Source: a virus | Taxonomy: Duplodnaviria; Heunggongvirae; Uroviricota; Caudoviricetes | IMG/VR virus record: IMGVR_UViG_3300038530_001701 | Length of the DNA: 64,000 nt | Reading direction: 5' to 3' (one strand) | Part shown: positions 63,379-64,000 of the stretch, piece after piece | Numbering within the stretch: the stretch's first letter is position 1 | How the letters are laid out: the number at the start of each line of letters is the position of its first letter | Notes under the pieces: model-generated | What the model was told of the DNA's origin: nothing | The model's database searches: none | What the model saw: only the letters and a program-made list of their open reading frames with translations | Made by a program: the position numbers and the translations under genes

Positions 63379-63446
63379 ATTCTATAGAATAACTATTTCT
63401 AGTATTCTATTAGTCTTCTATTACTATAATTCTTATTCTATAGAAT
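63379..63446. promoter_or_regulatory. two copies of perfect 12-bp palindrome ATTCTATAGAAT (63379-63390, 63435-63446) plus half-sites, candidate operator sites
   Basis: Read directly; lie between promoter 63316 and ATG 63473; same half-site TATAGAATA repeated at 30689-30708 in the other divergent control region. Confidence 0.5.
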
Positions 63447-63472
63447 ACTTATAAATTAACTATAGGTATATT

Positions 63473-63667
63473 ATGGCAAGATGCAAAGCATGCGATACTC
63501 CGTTCTCAGAGTCAGACTTCTCTGATCAACATCAGGAGTTGTGTTCTTACTGTAGATTTGTTTCAGACAATCCAAATTACCTCTCTCAGAGGGAGTATCA
63601 GTTTGAATCTATTACAGAAGTTCCAATTTATGCAGAAAATTATGAAAACACTATTGACAAATCATAA
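63473..63667 (+). CDS. small zinc-ribbon protein
   Basis: 64 aa; CKAC...CSYC. Confidence 0.4.
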   Translation: MARCKACDTPFSESDFSDQHQELCSYCRFVSDNPNYLSQREYQFESITEVPIYAENYENTIDKS

Positions 63668-63712
63668 TTTTATGGTAAACTATTAGTACAGTTAAAGATT
63701 TAAGAGGTTTAA

Positions 63713-64000
63713 ATGTCTGATTCAACTAAGTTTAAACCGGGACAGTCTGGTAATCCTAAAGGGCGACCTTCAGGAACTAAGAAAACAGCCAGACAGCTTG
63801 GTGCTGATAAGTTAAAGAAATTGCTGAAGGCACTTGAAGGTTACGCTGATGATGCTATACTGACTGCTGCTAATATTATGCAGGACGAAGAAGCGTCTCA
63901 AGCTACAAGGCTTAAAGCTGCAATGACACTATTGCAAAAGTATACAGAGATAACCGGAGAGGTCTATTTCAATCAACTTCCGAAAGATGAGGAAAAATCT
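63713..64000 (+). CDS. partial ORF running off window end; N-terminus with GNPKGRP motif seen in some phage small-terminase/DNA-binding proteins
   Basis: ATG 63713 with RBS taagagg; open to window end (96 codons); FKPGQSGNPKGRPSG. Confidence 0.4.
   Translation, partial: MSDSTKFKPGQSGNPKGRPSGTKKTARQLGADKLKKLLKALEGYADDAILTAANIMQDEEASQATRLKAAMTLLQKYTEITGEVYFNQLPKDEEKS

Noticed and set aside
1-64000. CRISPR arrays, integrase/excisionase, rRNA genes, canonical tRNA genes, transposase/IS elements
   Set aside because: No spaced direct-repeat arrays were found. No tyrosine or serine recombinase signatures were seen among the ORFs, and no rRNA-like segments. The only tRNA-like signals are the permuted mimics described above.

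Overview
This window is an almost gene-saturated stretch of a tailed dsDNA phage genome. From the Rz/Rz1 spanins and the sigma70-type promoters, the host is probably a Gram-negative proteobacterium. There are no integrase, CRISPR or rRNA signals and no canonical tRNA genes.

Layout of the window:
- Positions 1-11972 (+ strand) hold a late structural and lysis module. It comprises one virion protein, four tandem tail-fibre genes, a holin, a signal-peptide lytic-transglycosylase endolysin and overlapping Rz/Rz1 spanins, and ends at a bidirectional terminator at 12000.
- Positions 12038-30395 (- strand) hold a nucleotide-metabolism and T7-like replication module: NrdH-like glutaredoxin, NrdA, NrdB, ThyX, dNMP kinase, MazG, an HTH-DEDD exonuclease, a RusA-like resolvase, a FEN 5'-3' exonuclease, an SSB with acidic tail, a family-A DNA polymerase and a gp4-like primase-helicase. 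It is followed by NadV-like, macro-domain and Prs-like genes, which look like a NARP1-type NAD+ reconstitution system.
- Positions 30430-30850 are a divergent control region with sigma70-like promoters and AT-rich palindromes.
- Positions 30848-55832 (+ strand) form a long early or accessory region of many small genes, each preceded by a near-consensus TTGACA-N17-TAnnnT promoter. It contains an SPFH/band-7 protein, rIIA/rIIB homologues, a SleB-like hydrolase and a PIF1/Dda-like helicase.
- The most striking part of that region is a cluster of four to six tRNA-mimicking, Y-RNA-like structured RNAs at 33740-35705, immediately upstream of a vWA/Ro60-like protein gene.
- Positions 51240-52760 are 1.5 kb of non-coding AT-rich iterated DNA, a candidate origin or terminus.
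- Positions 56184-63171 (- strand) hold a second leftward module: metallophosphoesterase, HNH endonuclease, dCMP deaminase, a ClpP-like protease and PhoH.
- A second divergent control region follows at 63180-63470.

A dispersed 18-bp repeat, GGTCTCGACAGATTTTCA, occurs in at least 7 copies at gene starts and in the long non-coding region. Transcription appears entirely host-RNAP dependent; no phage RNA polymerase is seen in the window.
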